Below are positions 29,081 through 38,362 of a stretch of DNA of 56,737 nucleotides, piece after piece; the stretch's first letter is position 1; every line of letters starts with the position of its first letter. Location: the NCBI GenBank assembly GCA_964644135.1, contig CAZXWD010000005.1, positions 4,491 through 61,227 of the forward strand, in the 5' to 3' direction. The translations under genes were made by a program, and so were the position numbers. Under the pieces are notes generated by a model. It searched no databases. It saw only the letters and a program-made list of their open reading frames with translations, and was not told where the DNA came from. This DNA comes from an uncultured Bacteroidales bacterium (GTDB lineage Bacteria > Bacteroidota > Bacteroidia > Bacteroidales > JAGOPY01).

Positions 29081-30868
29081 ATGAATATGAAGAATGCTAA
29101 GAATCATACCGGAGGCGATTTCCTGGTTGCGGATGTTGTTTCTGACGATATTTTTATTCCAGAAGAATTCGACGAAGAACAACACATGATCGTCCAGACC
29201 TGCGAAGACTTCCTTGAGGCGGAAGTTTACCCGATGCTCGACAGGATCGATAACCAGGAACTGGGCCTTATGCGTAAGTTGCTTTCCAAAGCAGGCGAAC
29301 TGGGCCTGCTGGGTATATCCATCCCTGAAGAGTACGAAGGCTTCGGGCAATCATTCATAACAGCGATGAGGGCCAACGAGGCGCTGGGTGCCGGTTATTC
29401 CTTTTCAGTAGCCTATTCAGCGCATGTAGGTATCGGAAGTATGCCCATTGTTTATTACGGCACTGAGGAACAAAAACAGAAATACCTGCCAAAACTGGCA
29501 ACAGGCGATTGGACGGCAGCATATTGCCTCACAGAGCCCAATGCCGGTTCGGATGCTAACTCAGGAAAAACCAAGGCCGTTCTTTCCGACGACGGTAAGA
29601 ACTATATCCTTAACGGGCAGAAAATGTGGATCACAAACGGTGGCTTCGCTGATGTCCTGACTGTGTTTGCAAAGATCGATAACGACCGTGTGCTCAGTGC
29701 GTTTATAGTCGACGGGAACGCTCCCGGAATTACCCTGAACCCTGAAGAAAAGAAAATGGGTATCAAGGGCAGCTCCACAAGGCAGATATTCTTCAATGAT
29801 GTGAAAGTACCCGCCGAAAACCTTATTGGACGCAGAGGGGAAGGGTTCAGGATTGCCCTGAACATCCTACACATGGGAAGGATCAAGCTCGGCGGTATAG
29901 TCCTGGGTGCAGCCAAAAGGGCCATAAACCAGTCGGTCAACTACGCCAATGAAAGGAAACAATTCGGATCGCTGATATCAAACTTTGGTGCTATCAAACA
30001 AAAGCTGGCCGAGCAGGTGATCAGGACCTTTACAAATGAATCTGCAGTTTACAGGGCCAGCAGCGACATAGAAGAAGCTGTAAAGAAGAACCTGGCTGAC
30101 GACATGGAAAAAGGAAGGGCAGAAATTGAAGCAATAGCGAAGTTCTCGGTTGAATGTGCTCTCCTGAAAGTTTACGGCTCCGAAGCGCTTGATTACGTTG
30201 TGGATGAAGCGGTACAGATATTCGGCGGGATGGGGTATTCTTCAGAAGCACCTATCGACCGTGCATACAGGGATTCAAGGATCAACAGGATCTTCGAGGG
30301 GACCAACGAGATCAACAGGTTGCTGACAGCCGATACTGCCATCAAGAAAGCCCAGAAAGGTGAATTCGACCTTTTCGGCCCTGCCAAAAAAATATTGAAA
30401 GGGGTATCAAAGCTTGAAGAGAAAGAGATCCCCGAAGAATATTACGAAGAGAAAAAGCTGTATATCAGGAATTTTAAGGATGCCATTTTGATGGTGATAC
30501 AGGCAATGTCTGACAAGTTCAAGAAAAACCTTATCAACGAGCAGGAGATCATGATGAACATTGCCGATATGATGCTTCAGGTTTACGCTGCAGAATCCAC
30601 CCTGCTCAGGATCGAGAAGCTGGAAAAGATGAAAGGTGAAAAATTCATCCAGGTCTACAAAAGTATCCTTGATGTGTTTATTTACGATGCCTCCAACATC
30701 ATCCTGAAATCAGGCCTCGATGCCATTTCTTCCTTTATCGACGGCAAAGAGCTGGAAACTTTGCACAAGGGACTGATTCACTATACCAGGGTAAGGCCTG
30801 TAAATGTGAAAGATGCCCGTCGCGAAATCGCTGACAGGCTGATCTACGACAACAGGTATACTTTTTAG
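29081..30868 (+). CDS. Long acyl-CoA dehydrogenase (ACAD9/VLCAD-like)
   Basis: YCLTEPNAGSD, LNGQKMWITNG, KMGIKGSST, QIFGGMGY, RIFEGTNEI; start moved to 29081. Confidence 0.93.
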   Translation: MNMKNAKNHTGGDFLVADVVSDDIFIPEEFDEEQHMIVQTCEDFLEAEVYPMLDRIDNQELGLMRKLLSKAGELGLLGISIPEEYEGFGQSFITAMRANEALGAGYSFSVAYSAHVGIGSMPIVYYGTEEQKQKYLPKLATGDWTAAYCLTEPNAGSDANSGKTKAVLSDDGKNYILNGQKMWITNGGFADVLTVFAKIDNDRVLSAFIVDGNAPGITLNPEEKKMGIKGSSTRQIFFNDVKVPAENLIGRRGEGFRIALNILHMGRIKLGGIVLGAAKRAINQSVNYANERKQFGSLISNFGAIKQKLAEQVIRTFTNESAVYRASSDIEEAVKKNLADDMEKGRAEIEAIAKFSVECALLKVYGSEALDYVVDEAVQIFGGMGYSSEAPIDRAYRDSRINRIFEGTNEINRLLTADTAIKKAQKGEFDLFGPAKKILKGVSKLEEKEIPEEYYEEKKLYIRNFKDAILMVIQAMSDKFKKNLINEQEIMMNIADMMLQVYAAESTLLRIEKLEKMKGEKFIQVYKSILDVFIYDASNIILKSGLDAISSFIDGKELETLHKGLIHYTRVRPVNVKDARREIADRLIYDNRYTF

Positions 30869-31063
30869 GGCTGAGGGCTGTTAGCTGATGGCTGATGGCC
30901 GGAAAATCCAACTCACCCCTAAATCCCCCTCTCTATCTCGCTGACGCTCGATAAAGAGGGGGACTTTTACATAAACCGACAATCAAAAACCGACAATCCA
31001 ACTCCCCTCTCTCCTCCTCCTTCGTCGGAGCAAAGAGGGGGAACAAATTGAAAATCGACAATC
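30869..31063. repeat. Composite intergenic repeat: heptamer array plus two REP-like hairpins plus CGACAATC repeats
   Basis: GGCTGAG/GGCTGTT/AGCTGAT/GGCTGAT at 30869-30896; two AATCCAACTC..CCCCTCTCT..AAAGAGGGGGA units (30906-30963, 30995-31044); CGACAATC three times. Confidence 0.75.
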
Positions 31064-31071
31064 TATTGCCC

Positions 31072-32217
31072 CTACTCTTTCAGGATATGCTTTGAAACAA
31101 CAAGGCGGTTCACCTGGTTGGTGCCTTCGTATATCTGCGAGAGCTTGGCATCCCGCATCATCTTTTCAACCGGGTGTTCTTTTGAATAGCCTTCACCTCC
31201 CATGACCTGTACGGCGTCGGTTGTTACTTTCATGGCTATATCGGTGGCATAATACTTCGACATGGCCGACAGTTTCGAGAAATCTTTTTGCTTGTTGTCA
31301 TAGGCCCATGCGGCACGCCATACAAGCATCCTGGCAGCCTCAATTTCAGTGGCCATATCGGAAAGCATGAACGAGACCCCCTGGAGATTGGTAATGGGAT
31401 GACCGAACTGTATGCGGTTCTTCGCCCACTTCATGGAATACTCGTATGCTGCCCTGGCATTTCCGACAGCCGCTGCAGCGACACCGGTACGGGTCCTGTC
31501 AAAGGTCCTCATGGCAATGATAAACCCATGCCCTTCGCCGCCTAACAGGTTTTCGGCAGGGATCTCAACATCTTCGAACTTGATCTCGTTCTGTACCGAT
31601 GCCCGTTGTCCCATCTTATCCAGCTTGGATAACATAGTTATGCCCGGGGTATCCTTATGCACTATGAATGCAGAAAGGCTCCTTGATCCCCTTTCAGGAT
31701 CCGCGAGGGCAAAAACGGTAAGGTACTCGGCCACTTCACCGTTGGTTATATATCTCTTGTGACCGTTCAGAATGTACTTATCACCTTTTTTTATGGCATT
31801 CGACTTGATACCCTGGACATCTGATCCTGCATTAGGTTCAGTGAGTGCATAAGCGGCCACTGCCTTTTTCTCGGTTATTTCACCAAAGAACCTCTTCTTT
31901 TGTTCATCGTTGCCGGCGAGGAACATTGGAGTTAATGCCAGCGTACTTGCATCAATGCAGATACCTATTCCTGTACACCCGTAACCGAGCTCTTCAGAGG
32001 CAAGCGCCCCTTCAAAGATATTGAACCCGTTGCCCCCGAATTCCTCAGGCATTGCACCGTTGATGATCTTTTCATCATATGCGGCCCTTACAATGTCCCA
32101 TGGGAATTCTGTGGATTCATCATATTTCATCCGGTTAGGCACTATCCAGCGATTGGAGAAATCCCTGTATTTTTCAACTATCTCCTGCTGGCGGGCATCA
32201 AGCTTAAAAGTTACCAT
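31072..32217 (-). CDS. Short-chain acyl-CoA dehydrogenase (Bcd-like)
   Basis: YALTEPNAGSD, KMGQRAS, DAVQVMGGEGY, QIYEGTNQV. Confidence 0.93.
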   Translation of the reverse strand: MVTFKLDARQQEIVEKYRDFSNRWIVPNRMKYDESTEFPWDIVRAAYDEKIINGAMPEEFGGNGFNIFEGALASEELGYGCTGIGICIDASTLALTPMFLAGNDEQKKRFFGEITEKKAVAAYALTEPNAGSDVQGIKSNAIKKGDKYILNGHKRYITNGEVAEYLTVFALADPERGSRSLSAFIVHKDTPGITMLSKLDKMGQRASVQNEIKFEDVEIPAENLLGGEGHGFIIAMRTFDRTRTGVAAAAVGNARAAYEYSMKWAKNRIQFGHPITNLQGVSFMLSDMATEIEAARMLVWRAAWAYDNKQKDFSKLSAMSKYYATDIAMKVTTDAVQVMGGEGYSKEHPVEKMMRDAKLSQIYEGTNQVNRLVVSKHILKE

Positions 32218-32252
32218 AGATATTTGATTTAATTAGTTAATGATCGGGATAA

Positions 32253-32260
32253 CAAAAGTA
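32253..32260 (-). promoter_or_regulatory. sigmaA -7 element (TACTTTTG) for the Bcd-like gene
   Basis: Exact TAnnTTTG about 35 nt before ATG. Confidence 0.5.
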
Positions 32261-32277
32261 AGATAAAAAGTAATTGT

Positions 32278-33117
32278 CTAATCATCACATTCGTCACAGT
32301 CAAAACTCTTATTGTACATTGTCATTGCCCTCAGGCTCATTCCCATATTTGAAAACCCCCCGTCGTGAAAAAGGTTTTGCATGGTTACTTTCCTGGTGAG
32401 GTCGGAAAAAAGGGTAATGCAATAATCCGCACAGTCCTCTGCAGAAGCATTGCCCAGTGGCGACATCCTGTCGGTAAAGTCCATCAATCCGCCCATTACC
32501 CTTACGCCGCTTCCCGCCGTGGTAAGTGTTGGCGACTGGCTGATGGTGTTGACCCTCACTTTTTTCTCCCTTCCGTAAATATATCCGAAGCTCCTGGCAA
32601 TCGATTCAATCAACGCCTTTGCGTCGGCCATATCGTTATAGGCATACAGGGTACGTTGGGCAGCAATATATGACAATGCCACCACCGATCCCCACTCCTT
32701 GATTGCATCAAGCTTATAGGCTATCTGTAACATCTTATGGAATGAAATGGCAGAAATGTCCAGTGTCTTGTCGAAGTAATTATAGTCAAGGTCGTTATAT
32801 ACCCGCTTTTTCCTGACATTAAGCGACATACCGATAGAGTGCAATACAAAATCCACCTTGCCCCCAAGCACTTCCATCGAAGTGTTAAAAACATGCTTCA
32901 GGTCTTCTGTACTGGTCGCATCTGCCGGGATTACCTCGGCATCGCATTTTTCCGCAAGTTCATTGATTTGACCGAACCTTAAGGCCGAAGGAGTGTTCGA
33001 GAGTGTGAAGCTGGCCCCTTCTTCTTTTGCCCTCATCGCTACTTTCCACGCAATTGACTTTTCGTCCAGCGCTCCGAAAATAATTCCGGTTTTTCCCTTC
33101 AGTAAATTATAGGTCAT
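32278..33117 (-). CDS. fabI: Enoyl-ACP reductase (Bacteroidota FabI type)
   Basis: GIIFGALDEKSIAW, HSIGMS, YNDMADAKA, TMQNLFHDGGFS. Confidence 0.93.
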   Translation of the reverse strand: MTYNLLKGKTGIIFGALDEKSIAWKVAMRAKEEGASFTLSNTPSALRFGQINELAEKCDAEVIPADATSTEDLKHVFNTSMEVLGGKVDFVLHSIGMSLNVRKKRVYNDLDYNYFDKTLDISAISFHKMLQIAYKLDAIKEWGSVVALSYIAAQRTLYAYNDMADAKALIESIARSFGYIYGREKKVRVNTISQSPTLTTAGSGVRVMGGLMDFTDRMSPLGNASAEDCADYCITLFSDLTRKVTMQNLFHDGGFSNMGMSLRAMTMYNKSFDCDECDD

Positions 33118-33120
33118 TGC

Positions 33121-34794
33121 TTATGTTTGTTTATGATTTCCTGATTTTAGAAATTCACGGGCAGTTTCCCGGGTTGTGCCGGTCTGTTCCTCACCACTGA
33201 GCATCGTGGCTATTTCCAACACTCTTTCCTCACCTTCTATTTTCCTGAGTTTTGTGACGGCTGTTTTGCCCCCGGTTTCTTTATATACCGTGTAATGATG
33301 TCTACCTTTTCCGGCTATCTGTGGCAGGTGTGTAATAGCTATCACCTGCATATTTTGTGAAGCATCAAGCATCACCTCCCCTACCCTTCCGGCTATGTCG
33401 CCTGAAATGCCGTTATCGATCTCGTCGAATATGATGGTCGGCAACAGTTTCTTTTCAGATATCAGTGATTTGAGGCTCAGCATAAGCCGCGACAGCTCAC
33501 CCCCTGAAGCGATCTTCGATACGTTATCGGGATCAATACCTTTGTTGGCGCTAAAAAGGAACATAATTGAATCGATCCCGTCCCTTCCTGGCACATCCAG
33601 CACCCTGTGTCTTATTTTCACCCTGCCGTCAGGCATGCCCATCCTGGTGAGGTATACAGAGGTCTTTTTTTCAAGCTCAGGAAAAACTTTTCTTCTCATT
33701 GAAGATATCTCTTCTGCCTCTTTCCTGAGCCTGGCTGACCTCTTGTCGACTTCCTTTTTCAGCTCTTCTATTTCACCAGATAAGCTGCTGATATTCTGAA
33801 GTTTACTGTCAAGACCATCTTTGATTACGAGAAGTTCCTCAATTGAGCCTGCATTGTGTTTATGCTGCAGCTTATAGATCATATCGAGCTTTTCAGTCAC
33901 CTCTTGAAGCAACCCGGGATTGAACTCGATTTCTTCTTCTATCGATCCATATTCCCTCGCTATGTCTTCCATCTCAATGATTGCAGAGCTTAACCTCTCA
34001 TTGAGTTCCTCGATGCCCTTATGGTATTGCGAAAACTTTTCAACTCCTTTCTCAATTTCCCTGATTTTTGAAAGAAGATTCTCATCTCCCTGCAAAATAG
34101 TTTCAACAGCAATGTATAATTTTTCCTTGATCTCTTCAGCGTGCGAAAGGACCTTTTGCTGTTCTTCAAGCTCCCCGGGCTTGATCTTATCCAGTTGTGC
34201 CTTTTCGAGTTCTTCAAAAAGAAACCGGAAATAATCCTCCTCTTTGCGGGCCTCTGCTTCATCCTGCTCCATCCGGTCCAGCTTTGCTCTCAGGGAAGTG
34301 TACTGGTCGTAGTCTGTTCTGAATGCCTCCGTTACGGAGTTGATCCCGGCGAAGCTGTCGACAACGGAAAGCTGGAACGACGCATCATTGAGCAGAAGCG
34401 AGGAGTGTTGGGAGTGAATGTCAACAAGATATTCTCCAAGCTGCTTTAACAGACCGAGATTTACAGGGGTATCGTTAATAAAAGCACGTGATTTTCCGGA
34501 AGTGGTTATTTCCCTTCTTACGATTGTGAGCTTATCATAGTCAATGTTATTCTCATCAAAAAGAGGTTTCATTGAATAGGGTTCAATATCAAACTCAGCC
34601 TCAACAACACATTTGCTGCCGGGATCCTTCATTATTCCGGTATCTGCCCTTTTTCCCAGCACAAGCCCCAGCGCCCCAAGCAGTATGGATTTGCCCGCAC
34701 CGGTTTCTCCGGTTATTACCGTAAATCCAGGATCAAGCCTCATTTCGAGGTGCTCGATCAGGGCATAGTTCGATATTTTAAGATTTCTCAGCAT
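33121..34794 (-). CDS. recN: DNA repair protein RecN
   Basis: TGETGAGKS, IHSQH, ASGGELSR, IFDEID, ITHLPQIA. Confidence 0.97.
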   Translation of the reverse strand: MLRNLKISNYALIEHLEMRLDPGFTVITGETGAGKSILLGALGLVLGKRADTGIMKDPGSKCVVEAEFDIEPYSMKPLFDENNIDYDKLTIVRREITTSGKSRAFINDTPVNLGLLKQLGEYLVDIHSQHSSLLLNDASFQLSVVDSFAGINSVTEAFRTDYDQYTSLRAKLDRMEQDEAEARKEEDYFRFLFEELEKAQLDKIKPGELEEQQKVLSHAEEIKEKLYIAVETILQGDENLLSKIREIEKGVEKFSQYHKGIEELNERLSSAIIEMEDIAREYGSIEEEIEFNPGLLQEVTEKLDMIYKLQHKHNAGSIEELLVIKDGLDSKLQNISSLSGEIEELKKEVDKRSARLRKEAEEISSMRRKVFPELEKKTSVYLTRMGMPDGRVKIRHRVLDVPGRDGIDSIMFLFSANKGIDPDNVSKIASGGELSRLMLSLKSLISEKKLLPTIIFDEIDNGISGDIAGRVGEVMLDASQNMQVIAITHLPQIAGKGRHHYTVYKETGGKTAVTKLRKIEGEERVLEIATMLSGEEQTGTTRETAREFLKSGNHKQT

Positions 34795-34823
34795 TGCTTA
34801 AGACGCATGGCGCTAATGATCCT

Positions 34824-34831
34824 CAAAAATA
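34824..34831 (-). promoter_or_regulatory. sigmaA -7 element (TATTTTTG) for recN
   Basis: Exact TAnnTTTG 30 nt before ATG. Confidence 0.55.
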
Positions 34832-34911
34832 TAAAAGTATCCATTAAAGACCGGAAAGGCAGGAAAAGGTATTTCAGGAATTATTCAACAGGCAATGTCG
34901 AAACCAATTGA

Positions 34912-35811
34912 TCAGTTAGTTATTTGCTGGTACTTAGAGGTATTTGCAGGGTCCAGTTTCTTCATAATCTCAACAGCCTTGTTCTTTTCCGATGACGATC
35001 CCTCAGAATATATATTTATGATCTCTTCTCTTTTCGCATCGAGGATGATCTGAAGAAGGAACAGCCCGGGCCTCGTTTTCTTCACTTCCTGAAGATGCTC
35101 CAGCGATTTTCCGATGACCTGCCTTCCTTTATCAGGATCATCATACATTACATCAAGTCCGCGCCTGTGGTACTCGTAGAAATATTTCCTGATCGGTTTG
35201 TAGGAAGGGTTCATCAGGTTTTCAACAAGCCAGAACCTGTTACGTTGGTTCTCAAACGATTTCCAGCCTTGAGCAGTGGCATTCTGCGCTGAGTTCACAA
35301 TATTCTGTGCGATCTCGAAGTAAGGTGTCCCCCCTTCCATGATGAAAGTGTCGAAATCGAGCCCTATGAATATGTAAATGTAATAAGCGAGAACTGATGT
35401 CAGGTTGGAAAAATAGGTGTTGGGGTCAAAATCAAGGGGCTGGAACTCAACATAGGTGAACCTGAAATCACGGTCAACATAGTTGAAAAGGGGACTGTTA
35501 TAGCTTGAATTGAAAACCGGCCTTCTGAGAGTGAGGTTCAGGCTCCCCTCGAACTCATCGGAAGAGAGCCTTTTCTCAATGGTCAGTAGTATTGAACACT
35601 CGATTTTTTCATTTATTTCAAATTCATAGCCTGTCCACTTCCGGTTGTTTATGAATTCGTAAATGGCGCTTTTCAGCGATTCGAACACTTTTTTTTCAGT
35701 GCCCTCTACCTGCCTTGTGTCAATCTCAACGTTGCAGATTATTTCCTGTGCACTTGCAGTACGGGCAATGAAAAGAATGAAGATGGCTATGAGGATATGC
35801 CTGATTTTCAT
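34912..35811 (-). CDS. DUF4835 family protein (T9SS-associated PorD-like)
   Basis: Signal peptide; FINNRKWT..ECS..RPVFNSSY..YYIYIFIGLDFD..GGTPYF..GW; usual position between coaBC and recN. Confidence 0.82.
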   Translation of the reverse strand: MKIRHILIAIFILFIARTASAQEIICNVEIDTRQVEGTEKKVFESLKSAIYEFINNRKWTGYEFEINEKIECSILLTIEKRLSSDEFEGSLNLTLRRPVFNSSYNSPLFNYVDRDFRFTYVEFQPLDFDPNTYFSNLTSVLAYYIYIFIGLDFDTFIMEGGTPYFEIAQNIVNSAQNATAQGWKSFENQRNRFWLVENLMNPSYKPIRKYFYEYHRRGLDVMYDDPDKGRQVIGKSLEHLQEVKKTRPGLFLLQIILDAKREEIINIYSEGSSSEKNKAVEIMKKLDPANTSKYQQITN

Positions 35812-37026
35812 TTATTTTCCTTCCTTGATATCCTGTAATATAGTATTAACGATATCCCCGGCAACTTTAGTTTTTGAATCCAGGCCGAAAGGCAAAACTT
35901 TTCCTGAGCGGGTGTATATGGTTACTTTATTGGTGTCGGTGCCGAAGCCTGATCCTTCATCCCTGAGCGAATTAAGTACGATCATGTCAAGATTTTTCTC
36001 TTTCAGCTTCTTTCTGGCATTTTCCTCTTCGTTTTCAGTTTCAAGAGCAAACCCCACAAGATATTGTTCCGGTTTTTTCCTCTTACCCAAATCACTGAGT
36101 ATATCTGCCGTAGGAACCAGTTTCAGGGAAAATGCATTGCCGGTCTTTTTCATTTTTGTATCAGAAGTTGCTTCCGGCCTGTAGTCGGCAACCGCTGCTG
36201 TCATTATCGATATTACAGCTTTTTCAAACTCCGTGACAACGGCCTCGTGCATTTCTCCGGCCGTCACAACCTCAACTTTTTTAATATCCGGGTGCAACTC
36301 CAGTTCCCGGACCGGCCCTGAAACAAGGGTTACTTTTGCGCCCCTTCTTCTTAAGCTCTCGGCAATGGCATAACCCATCTTCCCGGTAGAGTGGTTGCCG
36401 ATGAACCTAACAGGATCGACTGGTTCGTAGGTAGGGCCTGCTGTTACCAGTACCCGCTTATTCTCAAGAATACCACTCTCTATGAAAAACTCAGTGATCT
36501 TGTTGTAGATCAGCTCTGGTTCTTCCATTCTCCCCTCTCCGTATAGACCACTGGCCAGCTCTCCTGTGGCAGGGGCTATCAGGATATTCCCATAGGCCTG
36601 CAGGATCCCGATATTTTTTTGCGTAGAAGGATGGTTATACATATCGAGATCCATTGCCGGGGCAAACATCACAGGACACTTGGCCGAGAGATAGGCAGCC
36701 GTAAAGAAATTGTCGGTTATGCCTGTAGCCATTTTAGCCATTGTATTGGCCGAAACCGGTGCCAGGACGAAGAGGTCGGCCCATTGGCCCAGTTCCACAT
36801 GGCTGTTCCATGACCCGTCTTCCGGATCGAAGGGTTTCAACAGTACAGGGTTCTCAGAAAGCGTGGAAAGAGTGAGCGGGGTAACAAAATCCACGGCAGC
36901 TTCCGTCATTATAATTTTCACTTCCGCACCTGCCTTTTTAAGCAGCCTGACAAGAAGAGGCGTTTTGTAGGCGGCAATACTGCCTGTCACCCCAATTACT
37001 ATTTTCTTTCCTTTCAGCATTACCAT
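35812..37026 (-). CDS. coaBC: Phosphopantothenoylcysteine decarboxylase/ligase
   Basis: GSIAAYK, APAMDLDM, ITAGPTYEPVDPVRFIGNHSTGKMG, VGFALET. Confidence 0.97.
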   Translation of the reverse strand: MVMLKGKKIVIGVTGSIAAYKTPLLVRLLKKAGAEVKIIMTEAAVDFVTPLTLSTLSENPVLLKPFDPEDGSWNSHVELGQWADLFVLAPVSANTMAKMATGITDNFFTAAYLSAKCPVMFAPAMDLDMYNHPSTQKNIGILQAYGNILIAPATGELASGLYGEGRMEEPELIYNKITEFFIESGILENKRVLVTAGPTYEPVDPVRFIGNHSTGKMGYAIAESLRRRGAKVTLVSGPVRELELHPDIKKVEVVTAGEMHEAVVTEFEKAVISIMTAAVADYRPEATSDTKMKKTGNAFSLKLVPTADILSDLGKRKKPEQYLVGFALETENEEENARKKLKEKNLDMIVLNSLRDEGSGFGTDTNKVTIYTRSGKVLPFGLDSKTKVAGDIVNTILQDIKEGK

Positions 37027-37031
37027 GAAAA

Positions 37032-37367
37032 TTACTTCTTCTCTTCCACTTCCTTATGCGGGTTCCTGTAATAGATCTGGTTGTTCAGGTATTCATGAAC
37101 GGCGAGGAGTGTTGGCTTGGGCAGCCTTTCATAGAATTTGGCAATCTCGATCTGTTCCCTGTTCTCAAATATCTCTTCAAGGTTATCCTGCGTTGTGGCA
37201 AATTCCTCAATTTTCCTGTTGAGTTCATCTTTCAGCTCCAGGCCTATCTGGTTGCCCCTTTTTGAAAGAATGACCACTGTTTCGTAAATATTACCGGTTT
37301 CCGTTGAAAAATCAAGGGTATTCCTGGTTACTGCATAATTCTTTGTTTTGACCTTTTTGTAATCCAT
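37032..37367 (-). CDS. rpoZ: RNA polymerase omega subunit (Bacteroidota type)
   Basis: TGNIYETV..KRGNQI..EIFENREQIEIAKFYERLPKPT; bamD-rpoZ-coaBC order. Confidence 0.9.
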   Translation of the reverse strand: MDYKKVKTKNYAVTRNTLDFSTETGNIYETVVILSKRGNQIGLELKDELNRKIEEFATTQDNLEEIFENREQIEIAKFYERLPKPTLLAVHEYLNNQIYYRNPHKEVEEKK

Positions 37368-37398
37368 TCTATTTATTGTGTTATAAATTAATTTCTAT

Positions 37399-38199
37399 TT
37401 AGTTCTTTCTTAATCTTTTTGAAAGATTCTCTCTCATATTCTCAATTTCCTTGAGATATTCGGTTTCAGGATACTGGAATACCAGTTCGTTGTACGAATC
37501 GAGAGCGGCCTGGTAGCGCTCTTCCTGCTTCATCCTGATGCTGTTGAGAGTGTAGCTGTAATAAGCTTTGAATATATGAAAGAGTATGTCTTCTTTGTAC
37601 TCGGTATCAGGATAGTCTTTGAGCAGATTGTTAAAACTGGTGATGGCAGCTTCATACCTGTCCATTTTATAATACAGTTTGGCGATATCATACCGTTTTT
37701 TCTGAAGCTTTTCCCTGAGCTCATCAATGAGCTGACTGGCCTCATCCACCCTTTCGCTATCAGGGTACATATCGATAAAAAGCTGTAATTCATTAATTGC
37801 CTGCAGTGTATTGGTTTGGTCGAGGCTCGACCTGGGAGAATCAAGGTAATAGCAGTAGGCGCTCAAAAAAGTGGCTTCTTCGGCAAATTCACTCCGCGGA
37901 TAATTCTGCGCGAATCTCTTGAAATAATAGCTGGCGAGAATATAATCTTCCTGCTCATAATGACAGTAAGCATAATAATACTGTAACTTTTCTGCTTTTT
38001 CTGTTCCCTTGTAAAAATTGATCAGTTGCTGAAAAAGCTGCAGGGCGCGGTAATAATCGTTCTCTTCAAAGTAATCCATCGCAGCGGCATACTTGGCTTC
38101 ATTGTCTGGCGACTTAAGAAGCTGCTGATGTTTGCTGCAGGATACAAAGACAATTACTGATGCGAAAAGTATGTATTTTGTTAAAGTCCTCAATTTCAC
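37399..38199 (-). CDS. bamD: Outer membrane protein assembly factor BamD
   Basis: Lipobox FVSC; TPRs; LDQTNTLQAINELQLFI; YYKMDRYEAA. Confidence 0.92.
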   Translation of the reverse strand: MKLRTLTKYILFASVIVFVSCSKHQQLLKSPDNEAKYAAAMDYFEENDYYRALQLFQQLINFYKGTEKAEKLQYYYAYCHYEQEDYILASYYFKRFAQNYPRSEFAEEATFLSAYCYYLDSPRSSLDQTNTLQAINELQLFIDMYPDSERVDEASQLIDELREKLQKKRYDIAKLYYKMDRYEAAITSFNNLLKDYPDTEYKEDILFHIFKAYYSYTLNSIRMKQEERYQAALDSYNELVFQYPETEYLKEIENMRENLSKRLRKN

Positions 38200-38203
38200 G
38201 GCG

Positions 38204-38211
38204 CAAAATTA
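38204..38211 (-). promoter_or_regulatory. sigmaA -7 element (TAATTTTG) immediately before the bamD GTG
   Basis: Exact TAnnTTTG 4 nt from the annotated start. Confidence 0.55.
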
Positions 38212-38362
38212 CGATTTTTACAAACAATGAAAACGTTTTTGATATATGTTTAGTGTTCTGTTCATAATTCACTCTGAAAGCCTTCCAGATAAATACGCCA
38301 GATCGCCATATATTATTATTTTTGTGCTCTGAATCAAGTATAAAAATTTAAACGGTACAGCA

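Noticed and set aside
30869-31063. Mini CRISPR array
   Set aside because: Repeats are not identical or regularly spaced, there are no unique spacers, and no cas genes.
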